Source: Botryllus schlosseri (lineage: Eukaryota). Taken from it: DNA of 64,000 nucleotides. The notes below the pieces were generated by a model. It saw only the letters and a list, made by a program, of their open reading frames with translations. It was not told where the DNA came from and made no database searches. Location of the stretch: the NCBI GenBank assembly GCA_051294905.1, contig CM119372.1:25794001-25858000 (forward strand), written 5' to 3'. A program made the translations under genes and the position numbers. Of the stretch, positions 40,468-54,282 are shown one piece after another (position 1 is the first letter of the stretch; every line of letters starts with the position of its first letter).

Positions 40468-41361
40468 GTGATACTCCCAATCCGGTTTTCAATGCAGCCA
40501 CCGTAAGAGAATCCTATCGAAACTATGCGTCACTGATAAACTCGGTACTCGAAAAAATCATCTCTGACTACATTTCGAATTTGATTCACCTAATTACTGA
40601 CGTTCGTTACCAGTTAGATTTCGACTTGACCTAGTGTTTTATCGAAATTCTGCAAATGTAGTGTTTTTTCATGAAAAAATACATTCAAATGAAGATGTTG
40701 TTTTGTTGTGTTTTACATAATATATACTTCAAGGAATAATAATTATTATCCGTATGCACTTGCACATTTAGCACAAGAACAAACCTCATACGTAAATCAA
40801 TTCATCCACTTCATATTTTATGATTTATGCAATAGATTTGCCATAAATTGGAAAACTGGTGTATTTTTTCTCGATCTAGCGTTTTTTAGTTGGCAAGTCT
40901 AATGTTTTTCACGAACCTCGAGTGGTAACACTGCTCGTTACTGATGAGAGACAGTCGAAACGCTTTTAGTGAATAAATTAACAATATGAAGTTATTGTTT
41001 CGCGTTATTCTGAAGTTCTGTACCACAAATGGAATGTTCAAATTGCAATGAAATCTCAATGTCAAATGATACTAAGTGGGACTGGTCAGTTATAATAAAG
41101 ATAAAATGCCATGCGCGCTTTATTTAAATTTGACAAATCAGTAGCACATCAGTATGCAGTCAACAGAGTTACAAGAGAAGGATCACGCTGCTCAATATAT
41201 CCAACCGACCATCTGTATGAGACGAAATGAAACGCTACTTTTGTCGACGTCGGTAATCAATTCTCACGCCTAGCGAATCAACGTATATCCGGTGTGCCTA
41301 CGCTACATGCGTGAACCGTGCAGCACTACCACGCAACAGAGGCGCGGCGAAACGACGGTCC

Positions 41362-41619
41362 AGTTAGTTTTAGCAATCTGCGCTTGTCAGCTCGTCCAAT
41401 GCACAAGACGCCTATACTGTACCATCAGATCATTACTGTATAACCGGTAGAAACCGTATTGATAGTAAGTAACCCGCTGGCGGAAACAGAACCGTATCTG
41501 TGACGCGACAGAGAGCTATCGATACGGTTTCTACCGGTTATACAGTAATGATCTGATGGTACAGTATAGGCGTCTTGTGCATTGGACGAGCTGACAAGCG
41601 CAGATTGCTAAAACTAACT
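41362..41619. repeat. Near-perfect inverted repeat (~104-bp arms, ~50-bp loop)
   Basis: 41362-41465 is the reverse complement of 41516-41619 with about one mismatch. Confidence 0.9.
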
Positions 41620-44114
41620 AATATCCATATTTTCAAGAGGGAAGTTTTGATGACGTGACCATGGTTGTAAGGTGACGCCCAATCTATCGCGTACCAGGGT
41701 TATCATTTCGCTGTCTGGTATTTTCTCAATACGTACGGCCGTAAAAAACATCCAAAACGGTACTCTTGAATAGCATTTTTCATTCTCATGTGAGCGCATT
41801 ACTCAGTCACTTGATAATCCTTTTGAAAGCATGTGAGCTCAGCGATGCGTGAACACTGAACAGCGTAAAATATTCACGCGCCTTTGTATTTATAAGTGGT
41901 AGTTCCAATTATAGCAGTAGACTGTACAGAACAACTGAAACGGTCGGTTGGCTGTATTCGTACCGCGGTGCGCGGCGCGCGGTGTGAATATAGTAGGCAT
42001 ATCGTTTCATCGGAACGTTACAGTTGGTTTTTAGATCTCAAGCGCAAGTCTTAGTTCTGATCCAAGCAGTGTATGCGCTTAGCAGCATAATATTGTCCTA
42101 GGCGCACGATAAGTTTACTTTGATGTATCATGTACTCTGAAAAGGAGGCTGATCGCCGTTATTTCTTCGATTCATGGATCTGAGAGCGCAGTCGCTTCTC
42201 AGTTGCATTCCAAGAACACCCAGCGAGGATATAGTTTGTTCGGTGAGAGTTAGGATTTGGAGGCGTAATGCCAAAATTAAATGGCCTAGGGCAATTATTC
42301 AATACATGTCACGGTCTGATGCGTCACTGACACATTTGGTCGTGTGATCTCCTTCTTAGCATACGCAGTACCCATATTCATGCTTGTTAAAATGACAAAC
42401 GGCGTCGCCTTTCAGTCGATAAAACCGCCTTAGCATTCTATACATACTGTGTTTGATGTGAACTCTTTGTAATGGGTACCCGTAAGGTGACAAGTATCAG
42501 GTTTCCACGCATGGCGACAAGTCGGCACTAGCGATAACACCTCGGCGTATTTCTATAACGTCTTCGTTGGTCGACAATCATATCCATTTGGTTGCTAGTT
42601 TTTCCCAAGAAATGAAGGCCATTCTATTCTTCAAAGATCAGAGTTGTGATTTTATGACATTGCGCAAGGAATCGACAGTTGATCTGGAGAATTGAATAGC
42701 AGTATTTGAGAGTAGGGAGAAGTAATATTTCCGGGAATCTTTGATTTGAAGATATTCGCATGTAAACTATGACTTCATCTGTAAGAGAACACTTATCGCA
42801 AGGAAATAATTGATACCATTGAACGTTATGAATAGTGCTAGAACATAGTTAGTTATGGATCGTCGCCCGAAAGGGCAACCAAATGCCAGCTTCTACTGAA
42901 TAAATTATACACTGACAATTGAGATATCTATAATTCATGTTTTATAGATGACAGATAGAAGATGTTTATTCGAGTACCCCTGGTTGGTTTGTGAGCATGA
43001 CATAACACTAGTTAGAGCGCTGTCTTCAACGGCGTAGCACTAGTTATAGCGCTGTCTTCAACGGCGTAACAGTGTAATTCAGAAGTACGCTAACCCTTTC
43101 AATTGAACTCGAAGCTAGGACGCTGTAAAATCCACTTGAACTGCTCTTTTCTTTGTTTCGCACTGAACCGTAACAGTAACAAGAATACAAATCCGAGTGA
43201 TTATGTCGCAAAACTAGATTAAATATGTTGAAGCCACATCCATTTGCGGACTACGAGCAAAATCTGTATTAACAGCTTCTAATTTGGTGGTAGATCCTGG
43301 ATAATTAGCTAATCTGCGATCGTGAAGTTCAATGAGTTTGTTCTCATGATAACATACCCGCATGGACGATCGTATTTCTCCCCGAAGATATCCGTTTGTT
43401 GTGAATAAAGAACTAGACGAGATCACATCGTGTTACTACTGTCGTGAGTTATGAACTATTTCAGTCTTGAAAGCATTTGGTGTCGTGTTTATCGACGTTG
43501 ACTCAATTACGACAGGCGGTTTTCGTAGATGCGGAATTTACATCACACATTTCACCTATCTACGAATGAATTAGTTTTTATCCTGCTGATAAAAATAGAA
43601 ATGCGTTCGCTCCGGTGACAAAGCAATGGCTATGTTTGCGTGCGCGGTGACGTACTGACTCATGACGGTACTTATGGCTCTTTGACGTTACCACTGTCGT
43701 AGACAACAGGGCTATTATACACGAGATCAAGTCACGATAAAAATTCGTGAGAAGACCTAAAACAACTTCCCGACGTAGGTCGTAGGTATAGGTCGTATAG
43801 GTAGATAGGTCGTATATACTTGTCAGGAATAACTGCTTATGGGTTATGGACGCGCGATTACATTTTTGCTGTCGACTTGCGTTTGCATCAGGATTCATCT
43901 AATGAAGAGCAAAGCGAGGCATATGACAGGACAAATTACCAACGGCGTTCTGTAAAACTGTGAGCAATGCGTAACCCGTAACTAATTTCATGGTATAGTT
44001 CGTTGTCATAACACCCGCAAAAGCGCTACCACATTTCCGCATCCTGTTCAAAGTCATTAACTTCAACTTATCAACAGAATGTTGGAACTTGGTTCGTGGC
44101 AGGTGACTGTATGG

Positions 44115-44541
44115 CAGAGATGAGCATGGATTAGGATTAGGTTTTGAAAAAACAGGATTTCTGAAATTTTGTCGGATTTGGATTGGATTTGGATTAGACA
44201 TTTTTTTCAGAACGGATTAGGATTTGGATTGGATTGACATATTTTCTGGGAGATTGAAATGTCGTGTGGCGAATGGCGACAAACTTTATTCAGATCAGTT
44301 ATTAATGTACTTATGGTTACTAAGTTATCTTGAATCAAGTGAATCGTTGGTTGTGAAAGAAAATTTTCGACTCCCTCCATTGCATAAATTAGTATTTTTT
44401 CTGAATTTCCAGTTGGAATCGGATTAGGATTGGACATGGACTTGAATATGAAAAAGTTATGGATTAGGATTTGGATTTGGATTTGAAGGTTCGGATTTGG
44501 ATTGGATTAGGATATAGAAATTTCAAATCCGCTCATCTCTG
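44115..44541. mobile_element. hAT-like MITE with GGATT(T/A) repeats
   Basis: TIR CAGAGATGAGC / GCTCATCTCTG; perfect TSD CTGTATGG. Confidence 0.9.
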
Positions 44542-45443
44542 CTGTATGGTACGCAGTTACACGTAGAATCGGTGAACATTTCATGACGTATCACTGTAAC
44601 AAGTTTCAGTATCACGTGATAGTTTATCATCATCACTCGTTTAAAGATTTTGGAATTTTATTCGAAACGCATCATATTATCAGTGTGTATTACGTGTGTG
44701 CTACGTCTAAGACTGACGCAAGAGGGCCAAAGCTATGGCCCGCAAAGGAAATCCGTGATGCCCGCGAAGAAGTGCCAGTTTTGAAGGATGTGCGGCCCTC
44801 GAAACGGGTTTCTGAATCAAGCTGAAGTAGGCTGAGATAAGGACCAATGTTACATTGAAATCACTATTATATGCATATGCTAACAAAAGTTATTCGACAA
44901 CCTGAATGTTTGTTGTGCGATTCGCATAAAGGTATTCACGGTGGCTATGTGTGGAGCTGGGTATATTCGAGTTCTCGATAATTCGATTCCGAGTCAGTGT
45001 TTTGAGTACCATTTATTTTGACGCCATAACAGTACTATCGTTTTTACGGCCATATGGAAAATAAAGCATGTTACACGTTGATAACGTGACGCAACGTAAC
45101 GTTATCAAAATTAAATTTGTGTTGCTTGACCATGACTATTTCATAGCACATTGTGACAATGCCCCAGGTCGATCACCGACTCCGAAATGCGTGGTGTAAC
45201 CTTGCGAGACATGTTCTGGACATTGATTGCTGACTTGTTGAGTTGCGCTAAACCGAGGCCCCAAGGCTTTCAAGGCGGCATGAAAGTATGGTAACTTTAG
45301 TTTTCGTTGATAAAATAACCTCTTGGTGTGATGGGGGTGTATTTTGGTTCGCGATTACTCGGATCGTGGTACCAGACGTCATTACGTGTAGGCTCGGTAG
45401 TCCAGCACCGTATTTGATTGGTAAATCTCAGCATAGCCATAAG

Positions 45444-45967
45444 TAGGGCTGGGCACAATGATTCGAGTACTCGAATCTGAATCGAGTATTAATTTTAATG
45501 ATTCGAGTCGAGTAGTAAAAGACGATTTTTTCGAGTAGTGAAATTATACGCTTCTCACCACTGAAAGTTAATTTATGAACGAGAATTATAGTTTCGATAC
45601 TAATTTTCACTGTTGAAGCCTTGAAACCTTGTTTGGCGGTATCGTAGCATACGAAACACATGGTACGAAGCTACGAAGGTTACTGGACGTAGCACATTTT
45701 CGAAGTCATGATCATCCCACAACATTATCACCAAGTGGAATGAAATCGGTGTGGTCGAAAAAATACCCAAGTATCTTTTATATGAGATGAATAACTAGCA
45801 TTATATTCTTTGTGGTGGAATAAAAGGTACATATTTGAAATTTGACGTATTAAATTATGTTATGACGTCATAATGAGTGATACTCAATTACTCGACTCGA
45901 CTCGACTCGAAGCATATTACGTGATTCAGAATCGAATCACTCAGGTACTCGATTTTGCCGAGCCCTA
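45444..45967. mobile_element. hAT-like MITE with TCGAGT repeats
   Basis: TAGGGCTGGGCA / TGCCGAGCCCTA termini; TSD GCCATAAG/GCCATAAC; 3' fragment also at ~34130-34253. Confidence 0.8.
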
Positions 45968-48361
45968 GCCATAACCAAGTCCTAATGAGATGGTGCAGGG
46001 CTTCGTCATACGATGGTGAACATTGTAATTTTTGTAACGCCTATGTGCGACCCGCGCTTTAAGAATCAGCTTACAAAGAAAGTCGCACACCTCTGGTCTA
46101 ATACACGCTGGCTGTCTGTGGCGCGATAGCGTAGTGTCATGATCCACGGTTGCAACACCGATGCGTTGCTGGCTTGAGTCGATGTCAACTCCAGAATTCC
46201 TACGTAAGTGTTGGAGGTTATTCTAGTTTCCTCCGCGCAAGCGGTGTCTTATAAAAGCCTAGAAGTGAGCGTGCTACAAGTCTGCAGATGCGGAATCAAA
46301 ATGAAGACAATTGGCCTGGTATAAATGGCCGTTGTAGCCGACAAACACCATGAATGACACAAACAAACAAACATGCTTGCTGCCGATGTCAACACTAGCG
46401 CATGGTAGATGGAAACTAATCATCTTGAACCAGTTTTACGGCAAACTGTATTGTTTGAATGATAAATTACATTGCAGTTTATTGTATATATTCGGTGCGT
46501 AATTTCGCCCCCTGAAATCGGTTTCGTGGTAATGCCGTCAAAATAAAGTGCAGATTGAGGCTATTGAACTACGAACAGTCGGCTGTGAATGCGCCTCGAT
46601 ACAGCAGCTAGGCAGCTTCCTTTGTATTTTTGCTGTGCGGCAAATAAATACTAGTCGCATGAAAGGAAATTAAATCATACTGTGTAGCCATTAAAATGGA
46701 TCCTTCCTCCGCGATTTGTAATAAATGCGCACGTGTCTGTTTCTACTTCCAGCCATAAAACCTTTCTCGTGGGGGCGTGTTGGGACATGCTGACACACAT
46801 TTGAATTTACTTGCGCCGATGAGCAAAGAGGGTACATTTCATATTATAAGCATTTAACAAGGGGCGATTACAATCAGTTGTCTTAGTCTGGCGCAATGCA
46901 GCAATGCCCTGTTGTGAATGGAGAAAGTTATCAAGCGGCTATTCCTTTCTCTACAGACATTGAGGATAGTCGCTGGCACTCTGGCAGCGTGCGCTCAAGT
47001 TTTGTCACTGTGGGAGATTCTTTTAATTGATTCCTGTTTACATCAGTAGTGGTCGTTATAGTAGTCAACTCCAACAGTTTTCTCGCTTCAAATTTGTTGG
47101 TACAGTTATATAGTTATTTTGCCTGATAAGCGTCTAACATAGTCCATCGCTTGCTATCTCGCACGCTGTAAAAATAGTGTTTGGGGAAACTTGACAGCTG
47201 TGTAATTGTCGTGAGTAAACTTCATTTGTTCATCAGGAACGAGAGCTTAGATGTTGATTGAAGACGAATACAAGAATTATTCAGTGAATTTATTTTTAGG
47301 ATACCATTATGGTCTCGTGGTTATGCTGCTTCCAATCATGACACAGCGAATGCAATGCATGATTCATGAACCTTATGAGAAAATATGGTTTCTGTGATTA
47401 GCTTTCTGGACGGTCACTAAATTATGTACTGGGACGCGAGACAGCAGAACTGCTAAATTGCTTATTAACAGAAGCGGCCGGTTGTTCACAATGTTTCATT
47501 ATTTCGTTAGATCAATTCTAGTCAGTCTGACTTTAGATACCCGCTTAGATTAATTTGACAACCGTGTCTCGTAGTCGTTACACGAGGTGTGAGATGTCTA
47601 TTTATGGCGTTTAATCAATCAAGAGATACGCGCGTTTCATGTACCACCGAATCTCAAATATGATATACCTCCATTTTGGATGAATATAACTGAAAGCTGT
47701 GCGAAAACTCATATTCAAGTAGAGCAAGTAAAGTTTTCTTAGAATGAGGTGGTCGCGCCGAAAATACTATCAGATCTATTTAACTGTGGCGTGTTGTCAT
47801 GTTAGTGATATCAAATTTACACCTGTCAATATATCCGGCCCGGTGAAGGCGGCCAGGGTTAAATCTGCCTGTATGTAAGTTGCCTGATTCTTAATTATCG
47901 TAAAAATACGTATGTCTGTTGGTTGCTGTATGACAAAAGGGTACTCGCATTTTAATTCACAATGCATACATACATTTGTGCAATTCCAAGTATGAACTGT
48001 CGTAAAAAATTATATGTCTGTTCGTGGCTGTATGATAAAAGGGTTCTCGCATTTTAAGTTACAATGCATACATATATTAGGGTGATTCCAAGTAAGGATG
48101 TCATAGGGTGGGTATTAATATTCGTAGCAATGTAGAATTGCAATGAATCCTCATCTCAAATAGAACGGGTAAAGTTGTTCAGAGAATCTTGAGGGAAGAA
48201 TTCTTTTGTTTGACGACAGCGGGTGTCTTCGTAAGGCATCATTATTAAAGAGTTCATGATAGATATATCACCCTGATACTTGATATTGCTTTTATTATGC
48301 AATACAGAACATACCTAATCAATTTACAGTGCTATAAGTGTTGAACAATAATACCAAGAAG

Positions 48362-51300
48362 ATGAAGACGGGATCTCTTGATTGCTTGAAATATTTGATG
48401 TTTTTCTTCAACCTGCTGTTCTTCGTAAGTATTCGCGGCCACCAAATGCATCATTGTCATATATTTACTGAATGGTAATTGTCCTCAGAATAAGCGTTTG
48501 TAGTACGAATTGTACGATGGACAATGAACACGTGATAGAAATACTATAATAGTATGTTTGGCTCTTCCATATCACAACGAATTGATCATCGATTACCGAT
48601 TAGCTAACCAATTTCAGTTGCTTCCAGATTCCAGTTATTCACCATTAATCGCAAATGGTTTGTCGATTTATACCAGCTGCAGTTCCAATTGTTCTTGTTC
48701 GTTTCATTCAATCATTTTCGTAATATTTCGACTTTATGCTATGCTGCCGATTTCTGTACATTCGTACAGTATATCGCCACAAACTTAAGCTCTGCGTATG
48801 CGATGCTTTGGTGGCGGTGAGGAATGTCGGAAAACTTCGGCACTAAATTATTCGCATTGATATTTCCATTCCATTCACTGCGCTTATAATTTGTAACGAT
48901 TTATCAGTGGCTATGATATCTCATGTCAAAAGTATTAAGTATTCTGCACTCTACAGACACATATCATCACATATCTCAATTAGTCAAGTCAAGTGCTATT
49001 CCATTTTCGGGAAATGTTTAAGGCACTACTGATTTTTATAAATCCACAACTGTACTGTATCCTGCATAGCATGCGTATGACTGGGATTATAGTATACGCT
49101 GATACGCATATATCTTCCTCTATACCAGTGGTTCCCAACCTTTTTCGACCCATCGCCCCCTTTTCAAGGTCAACACCGATCATCGCCCCCCAAATTTTGT
49201 TTACCGAAAATTGGGCATACAAACTGTAATCACCAGCGGGTTGACTAAAAAAAAAAAAAGGTCAAATTTTCGGCTCGATGTCTAATTTGACACACTTTTG
49301 TAACTAAATTACCGTGGGTTGACAAAAAAAAAAAAAGGTCATCCGTTTTGACGCGTCATCGCCCCCCTATCGCCCCCTTCGCTATTTTCGCCCCCCATCG
49401 CCCCCTTTGTCCATTTTCGCCCCCCTATCGCCCCCTTCGTCATTTTCGCCCCCCTAGACCGCCAAATCGCCCCCTTGGGGGCGATATCGCCCACGTTGGG
49501 AACCACTGCTCTATACGGTATGTAACCTTTGACTTGACATAATTATGCCAGATATGTGGAGCAGCAACGTTGGCGGTAGGGATCTGGGCGGCCGTGAGTG
49601 CGGGTTCCTTCAAAGATGTGCTGGTTGACAACCCCGCCATCTTCAATGGGGTGTATATTATCATTGGCGTGGGCGCGGCTCTTTTCCTTATGGGATTTCT
49701 GGGTTGCTGCGGAGCCATCAAAGAGAACAGGTGTCTTCTTGGGATGGTAAGTATCCGTGGTTTCGTATTATTTAGACTGAAATGTGCAGCTGTAAAATGT
49801 AGGTACGGGGCCTACGATAACTTTATCGTAGGCCCCGGTAGATACTTCGTTAACGATGTCAGGATTAGAAAAACATTTTGCTGAAATGGGAGAAATATTA
49901 ATTGTCGATGCGTAACATATCTGCATCTTTCCCGTCGTTATGCTGGAACTCCTATAATGTCGATATCAGATCGAGTCACCATTCCTTAGCAATGATTATT
50001 ATTAACTTGACCGGTCGATAAGATGGTATGCTTCCTAGATAAGAGTAATTTCACGGGAATTCTCTCTCGTTGTCTTCGGCAATTCGTAAATACAATTCGC
50101 CCTTGGAAGTATGGAAATGCCCAATGCCCATGTATTCGGTTATATCCCGCTCTGTCGTTGCATTCTACGATGTCTGTGCGGAGAGATAACCTCCATTAAT
50201 TTTTACAGTTCTTCGTCTTCGTCCTAATAATATTCATCGTGGAAATCGTGGGTGCGATCCTCGTTTTCGTTTACTTCCCTGAAGTAGAGAAAGTAGCTCT
50301 CGACTCTATAACGGCGTACGAAAATTCAACAATCGTGAAGCAAGGATGGGATACGTTTCAGGCTACCGTGAGACTATGGCTTTTTGCAACTAATCATCAA
50401 ATGTTGATTGGATATCCCCCGACATTTTATATGCTGTGCCAAATTAGCTATCATTGTACAGTAAATTTGGATTGACGCAGCTTACTTTCAAGAAACCACC
50501 TCATGCGATCGATGCGGTTTACTAACGCGTACTGTGCAACATGTTACAGCTGATTTACAAAACACACTGGAACACGCAACAGCATCTCCATATGGTTTTT
50601 GAAATGAATGGGAAATATTTAACAGAACTGTGAAAACAAATTCCAAGCGTACACCGAACAGCGCTTGCCAAAATATCACTGTTGGCTAAATCAAAACATA
50701 TTCCAGCGACTGCAATCGTCATCACGCCTCCCGATTTCAAAACCGTCTGCAACTAAATGCGCTGTAGCTACTCTCTGTGGCTTTTCTCGCAGCTTAGGCG
50801 CTCTAGTGACAAATGCACGATATGTCAGCGAATCTTGGCATCGCATCCCGCCAAGTATATTAAAATCGGCGGATTGTGCACATTGCGATTCAGTCACTTG
50901 TAGCTTCTTGATCTTCTAGACCAGGCGTGCCTAACTTGGGGGTCATGAGCCTTTTTGAAGGCGGGCACAGGGCATGAGAAGATTTAGCATGATCAGCTCA
51001 TTTATTATATCTCCTCTGTAACAAAATAAATAAATAAATAATAGTAAATTCAATAAAAGAATAATACAACAAAGTACAGCAAATTGTCATACCGTTGATC
51101 TTGACTTTGCCATTTTAACATATCGTTGCGCATGTAAGTTTTCAACAATGTTACTTCTGAAGACAAAGCAGCGCGGTGTCGTGGATGTGCAGTATGACAT
51201 ATGGCAGTTTCCACGACCAAACCAGCAAAAACTGAGGGTGGCTACGGTGTAAAAGATGTTGGGAACCGCTGTTCTACGCCAATAAGCTATTTTCGTACAA

Positions 51301-53031
51301 ATGCATTTCTTCAAAACGGCACCCATAACTCTTTACCGCCTCCTACCGTCGAGCGTTTCGTTTATTAACTGCATCTAAGATGGTTTTAGATACTCGTGTG
51401 TTTGATGAGGGATTCCTTCGCTCTCTTACAATGATGTCGCTTCGGTATGCTTTTAGAGTAGAGATTCTATACTATCAGCATTATTGCTGCTAGAGATAGG
51501 AGTTCCGCAACATCGGGCGTACAACTACGGCGATGGCAGGATTCTGAAGTTGCTTGGGACCCGTAATGTGCCGCGATGACTAAGCAAATAAGTTCGATGG
51601 ACATCGGATCAAGGGCATATTGCCTACAACGGCGCGATTCTCTGAAACACATCGCACATTTCTGAATCTAGTAAACAAATAGTGAAGTAATGAGCTGCAA
51701 CACACCAATGTCCAGCTCGTTTGGTATCGGCCATTTCAGGGATATCCAGACGAGAGTTCTAGACTTCCCCTGGCCTTTGGCTCTAACTCCACTACGGTAG
51801 TGAGATGGAACTGCGAAACATCGTATTATACGTTATGCAATAAAATATATTCACGTTGTCGTATGTCCCTCTTGCATATCTGCGCCTGATACGGTTTGGC
51901 TCGCGATCAGAGATAAATGGTTCTGATCGGATTCCGATTGCATTATTGAGCCTGTATTCTTGTCAGTTCACCCCATCGTTCCTTACCGAGGATCACTGAA
52001 CTGAACGCCTCTGGGATTATCAAGAATAGTATATAGCGATTGCAATCCATATTTCTCAATCCACATTGTGAATATGTCACTAATACAAAGTCTACACGTG
52101 ACTTTTCCAATCCGAATTGATATCTATGTTCGCTTCCGGACCTTGCCGACTGCGCGCGTGCTGCAAAAGATTGTATTATACCGTATGCTTGCGCGGTCAC
52201 TAGAACAAAATCACTTTTACCCATAGTCCTATTGTGCCGTATTTTCCTATACATGTCCTATACATGTACATGTCCTATACATGTCTAGGTTGGCTGCTGT
52301 GGCTACACCAACTACAGCAATTGGAAGGATAATCAAGCGTGGAGCGCATTGAATTCCGACGCCGTCCCTACCTCGTGTTGCACTCGTGACCGTCTGTCGC
52401 TGGAAGGGACTATCAATAATGCAACTGAATGCGTAGCCGGGAAAGAGCAGTTTATAAACACTGAGGGATGCAAAACCAAGTTGTCTAACTACATTTGGGT
52501 CGTCGGCGGCGTTGGTTTGGGAATTCTCGTCGTTGAAGTGAGTGCTTATGTGCTTTCATCACTTTTCATGAACTGTGTTTTTACGAGAACAACCTATTGA
52601 CCAGGGTCCACACTGTAAACGAGAATCGTGTCGGACAAAATATTAAAATGCAAATGGCGTCAGCCTGGATCGAATAGCCACAGGCACGGTCAGGAATTAA
52701 AAATTGAAGCAGGCACTTTCATAACATCAATTTGTCGAAGATATGATCGGTTCTCCCACATACCCGCATTTACCCTGATATAGCTAATTACCTTACACAA
52801 TAATTACAACTGCGAAGTGACGGATTTGTGAAAACATCACCGACGAGTTCGCATCTAGCCGCCGAATCAGATCAATCCAATCAACAAACAACCAGCTCGA
52901 GGAAATACTTTTCCATGCTTCCGTTGTTATAAATAGTTTTTCTTTTCCTCTGTGGTCTCAACGATGATTTCAATTTACAGCTCCTTGGTATGATCTTCGC
53001 TTGCTGCCTCTACAGAGCGATAGAGGAGTAA
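48362..53031 (+). CDS. Tetraspanin (TSPAN1/TSPAN18-like), 5 coding exons, 238 aa
   Basis: Exons 48362-48424, 49552-49746, 50209-50367, 52289-52537, 52981-53031 (717 nt, all phase 0). MKTGSLDCLKYLMFFFNLLFF|ICG...GFLGCCGAIKENRCLL; four TM segments; EC2 with CCG, PTSCC and EGC; ends ACCLYRAIEE*. An acceptor at 48329 implies an upstream non-coding exon. Confidence 0.95.
49126..49508. mobile_element. hAT/Charlie-like MITE with CGCCCCC repeats in tetraspanin intron
   Basis: TIR CAGTGGTTCCCAAC / GTTGGGAACCACTG; perfect TSD CTCTATAC. Confidence 0.9.
49806..49837. mobile_element. 32-bp palindrome, probable P-type excision footprint
   Basis: CGGGGCCTACGATAA-CT-TTATCGTAGGCCCCG flanked by GTAGGTA/GTAGATA. 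Confidence 0.6.
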
Positions 53032-53264
53032 GCGTCTGAATGAGTCGAAGATCCAGGTTGGTGATTTCTATATCTATAAATATTGGCTGTATGAAGAAAT
53101 GGGCTTCTCTAGGGTTAGTTAGCAGTCTAGCTCGTGTGACCCTGGTTTTCATCGGTTATATATTTGGCTTGGTATTCTGCACATTAGTAGAGAATCCACT
53201 TTCCTCGTCATATAAATAGGTCTTATCGCGCAGAACGAACCGTCCACTGTCACAGTATGGTAAC

Positions 53265-53720
53265 TAGGGTTGCATTTAAAACAAACGGTGTTTTAAAACA
53301 CTTTGTTTAAAACATGTTTTAAACAGTGTTTTAAACATAGGCCTTTTTAAAAAATAAAAAATAAATTGTTTTTTCAAGTGATAAACCGTAAAATCATGCC
53401 ATAATTGTGTAAATACTTTCCTAAAAACATGTTGTATGAGCCTACGGACAATTACCACCCGATATAGCCAGGATGGTTTGTACCCTCAAAATAGTCGGTT
53501 CAACAGCTGTAGCACGTAGATATCTCGTCAAAGGAGCTATCTTTACCCTATATTTTCAATTGTCAATGCCAATCCATTATGACGTCACAATTGAATGTTC
53601 GTGGCGTCATGGCTTAAAAAACAAACAAACAAAAAACACGAATAAATAACATGTTTTAAATAAGGGCCTTGTTTTAAACATGTTTGTTTTCAATTGAATT
53701 TTGTTTAAAATGCAACCCCA
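53265..53720. mobile_element. hAT-like MITE downstream of tetraspanin stop
   Basis: TAGGGTTGCATTT / AAATGCAACCCCA termini; perfect TSD ATGGTAAC. Confidence 0.9.
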
Positions 53721-53937
53721 ATGGTAACCAGATTATTCGGATCAATTTATTGGAGACAGGCGGTTTGAGCAAACTTGCAGCATAGGACACTACTGGCATA
53801 GCAACGGTCATCTGGTTAGCAAGCTACTCTCATCTGCGTGGCTATTGTGGCGTTGGCCAAACTCTACTTTCCACAGCTGCGCAGGTAGCAAATATAGTTT
53901 CGGCTTCCATATCTATCGATTTCAACGTAAATACTTG

Positions 53938-54282
53938 GGTTCCATACTATTACCGAGAATGCTATTACCGAGAATGGACATTACCGAGAATGGACATTAC
54001 CGAGAATGGCCAATGTCAAGAATATTGCTTACTGGGACTGACGTTGCCGAGAAATTTATACCTGAGCATCGATACCGAATGTGGCAACGCCGCGATGCAC
54101 TCAGACGACCTGTTCATATGCATAACATGCCTGCATTGCATATATTGCATTCTCGGTGGTGTCCATTCTCGGTAATATCCATTCTCGGTATTGTCCATAT
54201 TCTCGGTAATGTCCATTCTCGGTATTGTCCTTCTCGGTAATAGCATTCTCGGTAATAGCATTCTCGGTATTGACCGGACACC
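53938..54282. mobile_element. Small MULE/foldback-like MITE with 15-bp tandem repeats in its arms
   Basis: GG...CC termini; (TTACCGAGAATG) units on the left, (CATTCTCGGTA) units on the right; perfect TSD AATACTTG. Confidence 0.8.

Noticed and set aside
44115..44541. Telomere-like interstitial repeat
   Set aside because: Units are GGATTT/GGATTA inside a TIR/TSD-bounded MITE, not TTAGGG arrays.
33000..48300. Short ORFs across the intergenic region
   Set aside because: No domain similarity or phase-consistent exon chain; mostly repeats.
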